Origin: Squalus acanthias
Lineage: Eukaryota
DNA: 64,000 nt
Assembly (NCBI GenBank): GCA_030390025.1
Contig: CM059438.1
Span: 55,120,001-55,184,000 of the forward strand
Reading direction: 5' to 3'
Every line of letters starts with the position of its first letter. Position 1 is the stretch's first letter. The notes below the pieces were generated by a model. The model was not told where the DNA came from. It did not search any database and saw nothing but the letters and a program-made list of their open reading frames with translations. Both the position numbers and the translations under genes were made by a program. This document shows positions 35,901 to 49,229 of the stretch, one piece after another.

Positions 35901-38900
35901 GTGAATGGGAATGGGATCGACAGTGAATGGGATCGACAGTGAATGGGAGTGGGATCGACAGTGAATGGGATCGACAGTGAATGGGAATGGGATCGACAGT
36001 GAATGGGATCGACAGTGAATGGGAGTGGGATCGACAGTGAATGGGAATGGGATCGACAGTGAATGGGAGTGGGATCGACAGTGAATGGGAATGGGATCGA
36101 CAGTGAATGGGAATGGGATCGACAGTGAATGGGAATGGGATCGACAGTGAATGGGACTGGGATCGACAGTGAATGGGAATGGGATCGACAGTGAATGGGA
36201 ATGGGATCGACAGTGAATGGGAGTGGGATCGACAGTGAATGGGAGTGGGATCGACAGTGAATGGGAATGGGATCGACAGTGAATGGGATCGACAGTGAAT
36301 GGGAGTGGGATCGACAGTGAATGGGAATGGGATCGACAGTGAATGGGAGTGGGATCGACAGTGAATGGGAATAGGATCGACAGTGAATGGGAGTGGGATC
36401 GACAGTGAATGGGAGTGGGATCGACAGTGAATGGGAGTGGGATCGACAGTGAATGGGAGTGGGATCGACAGTGAATGGGAGTGGGATCGACAGTGAATGG
36501 GAATGGGATCGACAGTGAATGGGAGTGGGATCGACAGTGAATGGGTGTGGGATCGACAGTGAATGGGAGTGGGATCGACAGTGAATGGGATCGACAGTGA
36601 ATGGGAGTGGGATCGACAGTGAATGGGAATGGGATCGACAGTGAATGGGAATGGGATCGACAGTGAATGGGATCGACAGTGAATGGGAATGGGATCGACA
36701 GTGAATGGGAATGGGATCGACAGTGAATGGGATGGGATCGTCAGTGAATGGGAGTGGGATCGACAGTGAATGGGAATGGGATCGACAGTGAATGGAGTGG
36801 GATCGACAGTGAATGGGAATGGGATCGACAGTGAATGGGATCGACAGTGAAGGATCGACAGTGAATGGGAGTGGGATCGACAGTGAATGGGAGTGGGATC
36901 GACAGTGAATGGGATCGACAGTGAATGGGAGTGGGATCGACAGTGAATGGGAGTGGGATCGACAGTGAATGGGAGTGGGATCGACAGTGAATGGGAATGG
37001 GATCGACAGTGAATGGGATCGACAGTGAATGGGAGTGGGATCAACAGTGAATGGGAATGGGATCGACAGTGAATGGGAGTGGGATCGACAGTGAATGGGA
37101 GTGGGATCGACAGTGAATGGGAATGGGATCGACAGTGAATGGGAATGGGATCGACAGTGAATGGGATCGACAGTGAATGGGAGTGGGATCGACAGTGAAT
37201 GGGAATGGGATCGACAGTGATTGGGGAGTGGGATCGACAGTGAATGGGAATGGGATCGACAGTGAATGGGAATGGGATCGACAGTGAATGGGAGTGGGAT
37301 CGACAGTGAATGGGAATGGGATCGACAGTGAATGGGAGTGGGATCGACAGTGAATGGGATCGACAGTGAATGGGAGTGGAATCGACAGTGAATGGGATCG
37401 ACAGTGAATGGGAGTGGGATCGACAGTGAATGGGAATGGATCGACAGTGAATGGGAATGGGATCGACAGTGAATGGGATCGACAGTGAATGGGAGTGGGA
37501 TCGACAGTGAATGGGAATGGGATCGACAGTGAATGGGAATGGGATCGACAGTGAATGGGATCGACAGTGAATGGGATCGACAGTGAATGGGATCGACAGT
37601 GAATGGGAGTGGGATCGACAGTGAATGGGATCGACAGTGAATGGGAATGGGATCGACAGTGAATGGGATCGACAGTGAATGGGAGTGGGATCGACAGTGA
37701 ATGGGAATGGGATCGACAGTGAATGGGAGTGGGATCGACAGTGAATGGGAATGGGATCGACAGTGAATGGGGAATGGGATCGACAGTGAATGGGAATGGG
37801 ATCGACAGTGAATGGGACTGGGATCGACAGTGAATGGGAATGGGATCGACAGTGAATGGGAATGGGATCGACAGTGAATGGGAGTGGGATCGACAGTGAA
37901 TGGGAGTGGGATCGACAGTGAATGGGAATGGGATCGACAGTGAATGGGATCGACAGTGAATGGGAGTGGGATCGACAGTGAATGGGAATGGGATCGACAG
38001 TGAATGGGAGTGGGATCGACAGTGAATGGGAATAGGATCGACAGTGAATGGGAGTTGGGATCGACAGTGAATGGAGTGGGATCGACAGTGAATGGGAGTG
38101 GGATCGACAGTGAATGGGAGTGGGATCGACAGTGAATGGGAGTGGGATCGACAGTGAATGGGAATGGGATCGACAGTGAATGGGAGTGGGATCGACAGTG
38201 AATGGGTGTGGGATCGACAGTGAATGGGAGTGGGATCGACAGTGAATGGGATCGACAGTGAATGGGAGTGGGATCGACAGTGAATGGGATCGACAGTGAA
38301 TGGGAGTGGGATCGACAGTGAATGGGAATGGATCGACAGTGAATGGGAATGGGATCGACAGTGAATGGGATCGACAGTGAATGGGAGTGGGATCGACAGT
38401 GAATGGGAATGGGATCGACAGTGAATGGGAATGGGATCGACAGTGAATGGGAGTGGGATCGACAGTGAATGGGAGTGGGATCGACAGTGAATGGTATTGG
38501 GATCGACAGTGAATGGGAGTGGGATCGACAGTGAATGGTATTGGGATCGTCAGTGAATGGGAGTGGGATCGACAGTGAATGGGAGTGGGATCGACAGTGA
38601 ATGGGAATGGGATCGACAGTGAATGGGAATGGGATCGACAGTGAATGGGAATGGGATCGACAGTGAATGGGAATTGGGATCGACAGTGAATGGGAGTGGG
38701 ATAGACAGTGAATGGGATTGGGATCGACAGTGAATGGGATTGGGATCGACAGTGAATGGGAGTGGGATCGACAGTGAATGGGAATGGGATCGACAGTGAA
38801 TGGGATTGGGATCGACAGTGAATGGGAGTGGGATCGACAGTGATTGGGAATGGGATCGACAGTGAATGGGAGTGGGATCGACAGTGGAATGGGAGTGGGA

Positions 38901-40717
38901 TCGACAGTGAATGGGAGTGGGATCGACAGTGAATGGGAGTGGGATCGACAGTGAATGGGAATGGGATCGACAGTGAATGGGAGTGGGATCGACAGTGAAT
39001 GGGAATGGGATCGACAGTGAATGGGATCGACAGTGAATGCGAGTGGGATCGACAGTGAATGGGAATGGGATCGACAGTGAATGGGAGTGGGATCGACAGT
39101 GAATGGGAATGGGATCGACAGTGAATGGGAGTGGGATCGACAGTGAATGGGAATGGGATCGACAGTGAATGGGATCGACAGTGAATGGGAATGGGATCGA
39201 CAGTGAATGGGAATGGGATCGACAGTGAATGGGAATGGGATCGTCAGTGAATGGGAGTTGGATCGACAGTGAATGGGAATGGGATCGACAGTGAATGGGA
39301 GTGGGATCGACAGTGAATGGGAATGGGATCGACAGTGAATGGGATCGACAGTGAATGGGATCGACAGTGAATGGGAGTGGGATCGACAGTGAATGGGAGT
39401 GGGATCGACAGTGAATGGGATCGACAGTGAATGGGAGTGGGATCGACAGTGAATGGGAGTGGGATCGACAGTGAATGGGAGTGGGATCGACAGTGAATGG
39501 GAATGGGATCGACAGTGAATGGGATCGACAGTGAATGGGAGTGGGATCACCAGTGAATGGGAATGGGATCGACAGTGAATGGGAGTGGGATCGACAGTGA
39601 ATGGGAGTGGGATCGACAGTGAATGGGAATGGATCGACAGTGAATGGGATCGACAGTGAATGGGATCGACAGTGAATGGGATCGACAGTGAATGGGAGTG
39701 GGATCGACAGTGAATGGGATCGACAGTGAATGGGAATGGGATCGACAGTGAATGGGATCGACAGTGAATGGGAGTGGGATCGACAGTGAATGGGAATGGG
39801 ATCGACAGTGAATGGGAGTGGGATCGACAGTGAATGGGAATGGGATCGACAGTGAATGGGAATGGGATCGACAGTGAATGGGAGTGGGATCGACAGTGAA
39901 TGGGAATGGGATCGACAGTGAATGGGAGTGGGATCGACAGTGAATGGGAATGGGATCGACAGTGAATGGGAATGGGATCGACAGTGAATGGGAGTGGGAT
40001 CGACAGTGAATGGGAGTGGGATCGACAGTGAATGGGAATGGGATCGACAGTGAATGGGATCGACAGTGAATGGGAGTGGGATCGACAGTGAATGGGAATG
40101 GGATCGACAGTGAATGGGAGTGGGATCGACAGTGAATGGGAATAGGATCGAAAGTGAATGGGAGTGGGATCGACAGTGAATGGGAGTGGGATCGACAGTG
40201 AATGGGAGTGGGATCGACAGTGAATGGGAGTGGGATCGACAGTGAATGGGAGTGGGATCGACAGTGAATGAGTGGGATCGACAGTGAATGGGAAGTGGGA
40301 TCGACAGTGAATGGGAATGGGATCGACTGTGAATGGGAGTGGGATCGACAGTGAATGGGAAGTGGGATCGACAGTGAATGGGAGTGGGATCGACAGTGAA
40401 TGGGAATGGGATCGACAGTGAATGGGAGTGGGATCGACAGTGAATGGGAAGTGGGATCGACAGTGAATGGGAAGTGGGATCGACAGTGAATGGGATCGAC
40501 AGTGAATGGGAGTGGGATCGACAGTGAATGGGAGTGGGATCGACAGTGAATGGGAGTGTGATCGACAGTGAATGGGAGTGGGATCGACAGTGAATGGGAA
40601 TGGGATCGACAGTGAATGGGAGTGGGATCGACAGTGAATGGGAGTGGGATCGACAGTGAATGGGAATGGGATCGACAGTGAATGGGAGTGGGATCGACAG
40701 GGAATGGGAATGGGATT
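32935..40717. repeat. 7.8-kb satellite of 22-bp units ACAGTGAATGGGA(A/G)TGGGATCG and 16-bp units ACAGTGAATGGGATCG
   Basis: Directly visible tandem array filling most of intron 10. Confidence 0.98.
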
Positions 40718-41265
40718 GGTCACCAGCAGCACAAATCAGGGAGATATGCTTGTGCAAGCCACGGTTTGTGGATATGAGCTCCCAGTGGCGAGGCTCCACC
40801 CTGGAACTATAATGATAAAGCCTCCTGTCTTGGCCGCTGTCCAATTTGGGAATTGGCTAAAGGTGGCAACATTTGGTATTGTTCGTGTTGTGTTGATTTT
40901 TACAGAAGGGCAGCCTGAACTGACTACACACAACAGAAAAGGCATATTACTTGTTTCTTTGGAAAATAAAAAAAGCTGAAACATATAGAAATAAAACCTT
41001 AGGGAGAAATAAAAACAGCAAACAATTACAATGAACCCTTTTTGCAATCTACAGTTTTGGAGGCTACAAAAAGCAGCAGGTTACATAAGCTCTACTATAC
41101 ATCCTTTAAACCACAATTTCAAATCTTTTCCAGTTTGTTCCATTCCTAATATTTCTCTCTTCCTTTGGCTGCCCTTCTTTGAGGTGGATTTTTGGGGTAG
41201 TTTCCCCTGTTTTTATTATTTATCTCATGCCCTCTGCTAGAAGGCTTCAGATATCTTCTAAGCGA

Positions 41266-41720
41266 ACAGGAATGGTAGCATAGTGGTAATGTCACTAGGC
41301 TAGTAATCCCGAAACATGGACTAATGATCCAAAAATGTGAGTTCATAATCCCACCACAGCAGCTGTGGAATTTAAATTCAGTTAATTAAATAAATTTGGA
41401 ATAAAAAGCTAGTATCAGTAATGGTGACCATGAAACTACCGGATTGTTGTAAAAACCCATCTGGTTCACTAATGTCCTTTAGGGAAGGAAATCTACTGCC
41501 CTTACCCGGTCTGGCCTATATGTGACTCCAGACCCACAGCAATGTGGTTGACTCTTAACTGCCCTCTGAAATGGCCGAGCACACACTCAGTTATAACAAA
41601 CTGCGTCAAAGAACAGCAGTTCAAGAAGGTGGCCCACCACCACCTTCTCAAGGGCAATTAGCGATGGGCGATAAATGCTGGCCTTGCCAGTGACGCCCAC
41701 ATCCCGTAAACAAATACATT
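41266..41720 (+). mobile_element. tRNA-derived SINE with a LINE-B 3' tail
   Basis: TAGCATAGTGG A-box and GAGTTCATAATCC B-box; the last ~100 bp match the LINE-B 3' end. Confidence 0.8.
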
Positions 41721-41776
41721 TTTTTAAAAAGGCATTACTTTCTGCAAAATCTTCCCCAGTTTGGAGGTGGTGCAGC

Positions 41777-42790
41777 AACAACAACAATCTTGCATTTAAA
41801 TAGCGCCTTTAGCATAGGAAAACGTCACAAGGTGCTTCACAGGAACGTTATCAAACAAAAATTGACACTGAACTACATAAGGAGATATTAGGACAGGTGA
41901 CCAAAAGCTTGGTTGAAGAGGTAAGTTTTAAGGAGCGTCTTAAAGGAGGAAAGAGAGGTAGAGAGGCGGAGAGGTTTAGGCAGGGAATTCCAGAGCTTAG
42001 GGCCTAGGCAACAGAACGCACGGCCACCAATGGTGGAGTGATTAAAATCAGGGATGCACAAGAGGCCAGAATTGGAGGAACGCAGGGATCTCAGGGGGTT
42101 GTAGGGAGGGAGGAGGTTACAGAGATAGGGAGGGGCGAGGTCATGGAGGGATTTGAACACAAGGATGAGACCAGGAGCTAATGTAGGCCAGCGAGCACAG
42201 GGGTGATGGGTGAACCGGACTTGAGTTAGGATACGGGCAGCAGAGTTTTGGATGAGCTAAAGTTTATGGAGGATGCAAGGTGGGAGGCCGACCAGGAGTG
42301 CGTTGGAATAGTCAAGTCTGGAGGCTTGGATGAGGGTTTCGGCAGCAGATGGGCTGAGGCAGGGACGGAGACGGGCGATGTTATGGAGGTGGATGAGGAT
42401 ATGAGGTTAAAAGCTCAACTCAGGATCAAATAGGATGCCGAGGTTGCGAACAATGTGGTTCAGCCTGAGACAGTGGCCAGCGGGAGGGATGGAGTCGGTG
42501 GCTAGGGAACGGAGTTTGTGGCGGGGACTGAAGACAATAGCTTCGGTCCTCCCAATGTTTAATTTGAAGAAATTGCGGCTCATCCAGTACTGGATGTTGA
42601 ACAAGCAGTCTGCAACACAAAGGCAGTGGAGGGGTCGAGAGAGGTGCTGGTGAGGTAGAGCTCGGAGTAGTCAGCGGACATGTGGAACCTGACGTCATGT
42701 TTTCAGATGATGTCGCCAAGGGGCAGCATGTAGATGAGAAATAGGAGGGGGCCAAGGATAGATCCTTGGGGGACCCCAGAGGTAACAATG
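41777..42790 (-). mobile_element. L2 LINE 3' fragment
   Basis: WMSRNFFKLNIGRTEAI, VRNLGILFDPELSF and GGRAFCCLGPKLWNSLP motifs; (TTG)n tail. Confidence 0.85.
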
Positions 42791-42824
42791 CGGGAACCGT
42801 ATGGTTTTTCGGCTTCTGGTGCGT

Positions 42825-43145
42825 TGTAATGTAGGGAAACAAGTGCGTTGCACACAGCAAGTTCCCCCAAACAATAGTGAGATAAATGAGCAGATAATCT
42901 ATTTTAGTGATGTTGGTTGACGGATAAATATTGTCCAGGACACTGGGGATAATGCTATGGGATCTTTTATGCCAGTCAGACTGGACCTCAGTTTAACGTC
43001 TCATCCGAAAGACGGCGCCTCCGACAGTGCAGCGCTCCCTCAGTACTGCACTGGAGTGTCAGCCTCGATTATATGCTCAAGTGTCTGGAGTGAGGCTTGA
43101 ACCCACAACCTTTTGACCCAGAGGTGAGAGTGGTACCCACTGAAC
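42825..43145 (-). mobile_element. Deu-domain SINE, partial
   Basis: Same head and Deu core as 30352-30814. Confidence 0.78.
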
Positions 43146-43281
43146 CCAAATAACACTGAGAGCAGCAGCATAAACCCCTGTACACCAAACTCTGTGACAT
43201 GGCTACACTGCCTCTTTGTGATACTTCTGATAGCCCTAGATGTTAAAAATGGAATTGGTGCTAAAAAGTTCTATGACTTAC

Positions 43282-43586
43282 CTGTTCCGTTGGGGAATCT
43301 GTTAACGTAGGTGGGTAACATTTTTACCGAGGCAGTACTGTGGGTAGCTTCTTTTAGTCCTCGTTCCATCTCTATTCTCATCTTTGTCATTACCTCCAGC
43401 AGTTGTTCCCGGGTGAGCTTCAATGGTGCCAGGGTCTTGTTTATATGTTTACGCTGATTAACTAGTCTGTAGGCTACTGCTGTCACCATGGCAGCACCCT
43501 TCCCAGAGGCACTCTCAGACAGAATGAATCGCACGTCACACTCAGGGGCCAGGTATCTAACCACTTTGTGTAAGTTTTTTGCGTAC
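43282..43586 (-). CDS. HKDC1: Hexokinase (HKDC1-like) coding exon 10 (linker between the two halves)
   Basis: 305 bp, AACAG acceptor, GTAAGT donor. Encodes [10 protein letters not shown]...[19 protein letters not shown]...LTREQL...[15 protein letters not shown]. The 305-bp fusion exon is diagnostic of 100-kDa hexokinases. Confidence 0.93.
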
Positions 43587-43984
43587 CTGTTACAGAATAT
43601 CACAGTGTTACCATCCGACGATAAACAGCGTGTAATAGTCAGAGTTACATTGTGTGTCTTTCAGAAAGTTAATTTTTTCCTCAGTGATTCAGTCGGTATA
43701 TTCACATTGTGGCTTGGAACTAAGCTACGCAGGCCAAGACATCTTAAATTTCATCCCAGACCCTGATCTGTGCTGAAGTAGGGGAGCAAAGGAGCTACAG
43801 GAACTGTCCTCTCCTTAGCTCGGGAGGGGTAAGCCAGCCACCCCTGCTGATTGCAATCCTGTTGGAACGTGTGTGCACAACTGGCGGGTCAGAAAAGGAT
43901 CAGATTTGATTGTGATGCCATTCACGATGATAATAGTACACGGGAAGATAAGTCACTTGTTCAGCGACTGAAGTGCCGTTGACC

Positions 43985-46575
43985 CCGGGTTCCGTACCCC
44001 AGGAAACCGTACCCTAGGGAGGGAACCATACACCAGGGAACCGTATCCCAGGGAACCGTACCCCAGGGAGGGAACCATGCACCAGAGAACTGTACCCCAG
44101 GGAGGGAACCGTACCCCAGGGAGGGAACCATACCCCAGGGAACCGTACCCCAGGGAACCGTACCCCAGGGATCCGTACCCCAAGGAGCCGTACCCCGGGA
44201 AACCGTAACTCGGGGAACCGTACCCCAGGGAACCGTACCCCAGGGAGGGAACCGTATCCTAGGGAACAGTACCCCAGGGTACCGTACCCCAAAGAACCGC
44301 AACCCGGGGAACCGCAACCCGGGAAACCATACCTCGGGGAACCGCAACCCGGGAAACCGTACCTCAGAGAATCGAACTGCGGGGAATCGAACTCCGGGGA
44401 ACCGTAACCCGGGGAACCGTACCTCAGGGAATCGAACTGCGGGGAATCGAACTCCGGGGAACCGCAACCCAGGGAACCATACCCCGGGGAATCGAACTCC
44501 GGGGAACCATAACCCAGCCAACCATACCCCAGGGAACAGTAACCCCAGGGAACAGTAACCCCAGGGAACAGTAACCCAGGGAACCGTACCCCTAGGGGCC
44601 GTACCCCAGGGAACAGTAACCCCAAGGAGCCGTACCCCAGGGAACAGTAACCCCAGGGAACCGTACCCCAAGGAGCCGTACCCCAGGGAACAGTAACCCC
44701 AGGGCACAGTAACCCCAGGGAACCGTACCCCAGGGAACCGTACCCCAAGGGGTTGTACCCCAGGGAACAGTAACCCCAAGGAGCCGTACCCCAGGGAACA
44801 GTAACCCCAGGGAACCGTAACCCAAGGGGCTGTACCCCAGGGAACCGTAACCCAAGGAGCCGTACCCCAGGGAACAGTAACCCCAGGGAACAGTAACCCC
44901 AGGGAACCGTACCCCAGGGAACCGTACCCCAAGGAGCCGTACCCCAGGGAACAGTAACCCCAGGGAACCATACCCCAAGGAGCCGTACCCCAGGGAACAG
45001 TAACCCCAGGGAACCATACCCCAAGGAGCCGTACCCCAGGGAACAGTAACCCCAGGGAACCGTACCCCAGGGAACAGTAACCCCAGGGAACCGTACCCCA
45101 AGGAACAGTAACCCCAGGGAACAGTAACCCCAGGGAACCGTACCCCAGGGAGGGAACCATGCACCAGAGAACTGTACCCCAGGGAGGGAACCGTACCCCA
45201 GGGAGGGAACCATACCCCAGGGAACCGTACCCCAGGGATCCGTACCCCAAGGAGCCGTACCCCAGGGAACTGTAACCCCAGGGAACCATACCCCAGGGCA
45301 CAGTAACCCCAGGGAACCATACCCCAAGCAGCCGTACCCCAGGGAACAGTAACCCCAGGGAACCATACCCCAAGGAGCCGTACCCCAGGGACAGTAACCC
45401 CAGGGAACCGTACCCCAGGGAACAGTAACCCCTGGGAACAGTAACCCCAGGGAACCGTACCCCAGGGAACCATACCCCAAGGAGCCGTACCCCAGGGAAC
45501 AGTAACCCCAGGGAACCATACCCCAAGGAGCCGTACCCCAGGGAACTGTAACCCCAGGGAACCGTACCCCAAGGAGCCGTACCCCAGGGACAGTAACCCC
45601 AGGGAACCGTACCCCAGGGAACCGTACCCCAGGGAACAGTAACCCCTGGGAACAGTAACCCCTGGGAACAGTAACCCCAGGGAACCGTACCCCAGGGAAC
45701 CATACCCCAAGGAGCCGTACCCCAGGGAACAGTAACCCCAGGGAACCATACCCCAAGGAGCCGTACCCCAGGGAACTGTAACCCCAGGGAACCGTACCCC
45801 AGGGAACAGTAACCCCAGGGAACCGTACCCCAGGGAGGGAACCATGCACCAGAGAACTGTACCCCAGGGAGGGAACCGTACCCCAGGGAGGGAACCATAC
45901 CCCAGGGAACCGTACCCCAGGGAACCGTACCCCAGGGATCCGTACCCCAAGGAGCCGTACCCCAGGGAACTGTAACCCCAGGGAACCATACCCCAGGGAA
46001 CAGTAACCCCAGGGAACCGTACCCCAGGGAACAGTAACCCCAGGGAACCGTACCCCAAGGAACAGTAACCCCAGGGAACAGTACCCCAGGGAACCGTACC
46101 CCAGGGAACCGTACCCCAAGGAGCCGTACCCCAGGGAACAGTAACCCCAGGGAACCATACCACAAGGAGCTGTACCCCAGGGAACAGTAACCCCAGGGAA
46201 CCATACCCCAAGGAGCCGTACCCCAGGGAACAGTAACCCCAGGGAACCATACCCCAAGGAGCCGTACCCCAGGGAACAGTAACCCCAGGGAACCGTACCC
46301 CAGGGAACCGTACCCCAGGGAACAGTAACCCCAGGCAACCGTAACCCAGGGAACAGTAACCCCAGGGAACCGTAATCCAGGGAACCGTACACCGGGGAGC
46401 CCTTAACAGGAAACCGTAATCCAGGGAACCGTAACCTGGGGAACCGTACCCCGCGGAACCGTATCTCGGGGAACCGTAATCCGGGGAACCGTAACCTGGG
46501 GGACCGTACCCCGCGGAACCGTAACCCGGGGAACCGTAACCCGGGGAACCATAACCCAGGGAACTGTAACCCAGT
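43985..46575. repeat. 2.6-kb minisatellite of 15-16-bp units GGGAACCGTACCCCA / GGGAACAGTAACCCCA
   Basis: Directly visible tandem array filling most of intron 9. Confidence 0.97.
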
Positions 46576-46682
46576 AAGAGTCGACACCTTCAGAAGGAAA
46601 GTGATTAGGGAAAGAAAAATATGGCAAATATGAAATATGACAAATGAAGCGTTTGGTTGTACGGCTTCTGATGGTTACTTAC

Positions 46683-46916
46683 TGCAGATTGGTTCTGTAC
46701 AACGTCCCATCAATACCCATGGCTGTTCGGAGTCGCTTCACCTTCTTATTTTTCTTCAAACGTATCAGAATAGCGGCCAGAGCAGCTGCACAAAGATTGG
46801 CTGAACGAACTGCAATAATGCTGCAGATGTGTTTCACAATGAGACAGTCTTCCTCAGAAGGCACCAGTTCCAGATCCTCCAGTATCTCCTTCGCACTATA
46901 AAGACCGCTCTTATAG
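46683..46916 (-). CDS. HKDC1: Hexokinase (HKDC1-like) coding exon 9
   Basis: 234 bp, TTAG acceptor, GTAAGT donor. Encodes YKSGLYSAKEILEDLELVPSEEDC...RSANLCAAALAAIL...NKKVKRLRTAMGIDGTLYRTNL(Q). Confidence 0.92.
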
Positions 46917-46964
46917 CTAATGAATAACACGGAAATAATGAAATGTCAGCTTCTGTACAATATT

Positions 46965-47705
46965 GGCCCAGAAATTGATCTCGCTCTGTTCCCGCGGGGG
47001 TAAGGAGCAGGCGCGATCTCTCACTCCGCGTTGGCTTTTTCAGATCCAGCTCGCACGAACTTGATGTTCTAGACATCAGCTGGGCAGTGCTTGCGTATCC
47101 CACCGGCGTAGTGAATTCGTGTGAGCTGTGGGATCACGTGACTCAGTTAGAGCCAAAGGCAGCACACCATCTTCCATTCATAAGTTTCACATACGTGCTG
47201 TGAAAGCTATGAATCTTACACACCCCCAAAATAACAGCTAAACCTCAATTAAATTAAAAAAAAAAATCACATTAATAAAATAAGTACAGTTAAATAAATT
47301 AACCATTTTAAATAAAAAATAAAATTTTTGAAAAAATTTAAAATCTTTTAAAAAGTTATAAAAATAAACTTACCTGTCTTTAAAGTCTCTAAAAAAGATA
47401 TACCTGTTAAAAAAAATTCAAAATAATACTTAATTCACTACTTACCTTGTTAAAAGTGGGTCTTACTCCTCCTTTTTTCATTTCTAAAATCTTCCGTCCT
47501 TACCTGCGCGTCCAAAGCACTAAGTGCACAGCGTGCGCGCAGCCTGTAGCGCGCACGCGGTGCACCGAGGAACCGCCCCCTTTTCCAAAGACCAAGTGCC
47601 GGTTTTCAGCGCATGCGCAGGGCATGCAGAAAACCGGCAATTGGAGAGAGAATACGCGAGAGTACGCAGTGCGTACTCTCGCGTAGCGGCATCAATTTTT
47701 GGCCC
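46965..47705 (+). mobile_element. Harbinger-type MITE (family A, copy 2)
   Basis: Ends GGCCCAGAAATT / GGGCCAAAAATT, TSD ATT; colinear with 914-1647. Confidence 0.88.
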
Positions 47706-49229
47706 ATTAACTGCAAAATGATCCTGCACAGAATGGGCTGAATCTTAACTCCCAAAAACGGGTGGGTTGGGGTTATGTCAGAGGTTAAATTGCAAAAAAT
47801 CCAAAACAGGAATCGAACCCGTCTCGAACCCGCCCACTTCCGGTTTTAACGGAGGCGGGATGAGGGGAGAGTGACCAATCCGCTCGCGGGAGGCGAGTTG
47901 GTCATCTAAATATGATAATGAGGCTGCGTGTCATCATTTTAACAGTCATTCTACTTTTAACCACAGTCGGCCGGGCTTCCCAGGCCTCGGGAAACCCGAC
48001 AGGTGAAAGGAGGCGAGACGGGCTGTATCCATGAAGAAAGCAGTATTGCCAAATCTTACAAATTTATTGCGAGTGACGCGATTTCTGAGTGAAATAAGGC
48101 ATCGCTCATGATCTGGCAAAGGAACTTCGAAATCTCGGGATTTTTTTAGGACTGATTGCGAGCAAGGCATATCAGCCCTATGGGGGAGCCTGAAGACCTG
48201 GTTGCTGTTTCTCCATCGCTGATTGGTTGCTGTACTGATGCAGATGATTTACTGCAGTTTCCCGTGTCCTGATTGGCTCACGACTGCTACCCACGAGGCA
48301 CTGTGTCAGGGAGCTGCTGGGTGTGAAAATAGCCTGAGCGTGAGGAGCTGGGGCTGGGGCTGGGCAATGAGCGGAGCCGGAGGTAGGCAGGCCCTTCCCA
48401 CCCAGCACCAACAGCCAGAGGTGCGGACAGCAGCAGGTAACGGCAGAGCTCGAGGTGGGGGGTGAGACCGCCTGGGGTCTGGGAGCAAAGCGCAGCACTG
48501 CAGAGGGGGAGGGGATTGGATCGGTGCTGTCCTCATTGGGCAGGGAGGAGACTTTTCCCCCATGGGCCTCCTATGGTGGGGTGGGGCTTTGCCCCTTTAG
48601 GGAAGGAGTGCTTTCCCTTTGGGGAAGGACATTTGCCCCTTTGCGAGGAGGAGATTTTCCCCCATAGGCCGCCGTTAGGGGGAGAGGGGCTTCTCCCCTT
48701 TGGGGGAGGGGATTTGCCCCCTTTTGTGGGGGATGGGGATTTGCCCCCATGAGCCCTCTGCACAATCTTATTGTGAAGTTCCACTTCACAATGACATTCT
48801 TACCAGTGAAATTGGAATAAGATTTGCCCCCATGGGCAGGGGTGAGGGGGACAGGCTGGTTGGATGGAGCTGGGGGTACAACCCGAGGCTGTGCTGACGG
48901 AGAGATTGGACGGGGGGGGGCTGGCGGTGGGGGGCGGAGGGAATGAGCTGAGGGGGTCTCAGCTGAGCTGCTAACCTGGCAGCGCTCGAGGGCTGGTGCT
49001 TTGTAAACTCTCGAGTCGTTGGAATGACCCGCCTGCTCTCAGGTCAGCTGTGGAGCCCGCGTGAATCACTGTCATCGTAACCTCAAACTGAGATACATAG
49101 CAACGTGGTGATAACAACAAGTAGGATTTTTTTAAAGTTTTTTTGTAAAGCATTTTCAGATGCAGTGATATAGTTTTTGTAAAGAGCTCTGACATGTTAG
49201 AAATTAAATAAGCCACTAATGAGGTTTTA

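Noticed and set aside
34325..40844. Giant ORFs of 2135, 805 and 764 aa
   Set aside because: Translation of the satellite. The C-rich strand of the 22/16-bp units has no stop codon in any frame, and the peptide simply cycles through the three frames.
43961..46587. ORFs of 747, 857 and 552 aa
   Set aside because: All three frames are open across a minisatellite inside intron 9; an artefact of stop-free repeat units.
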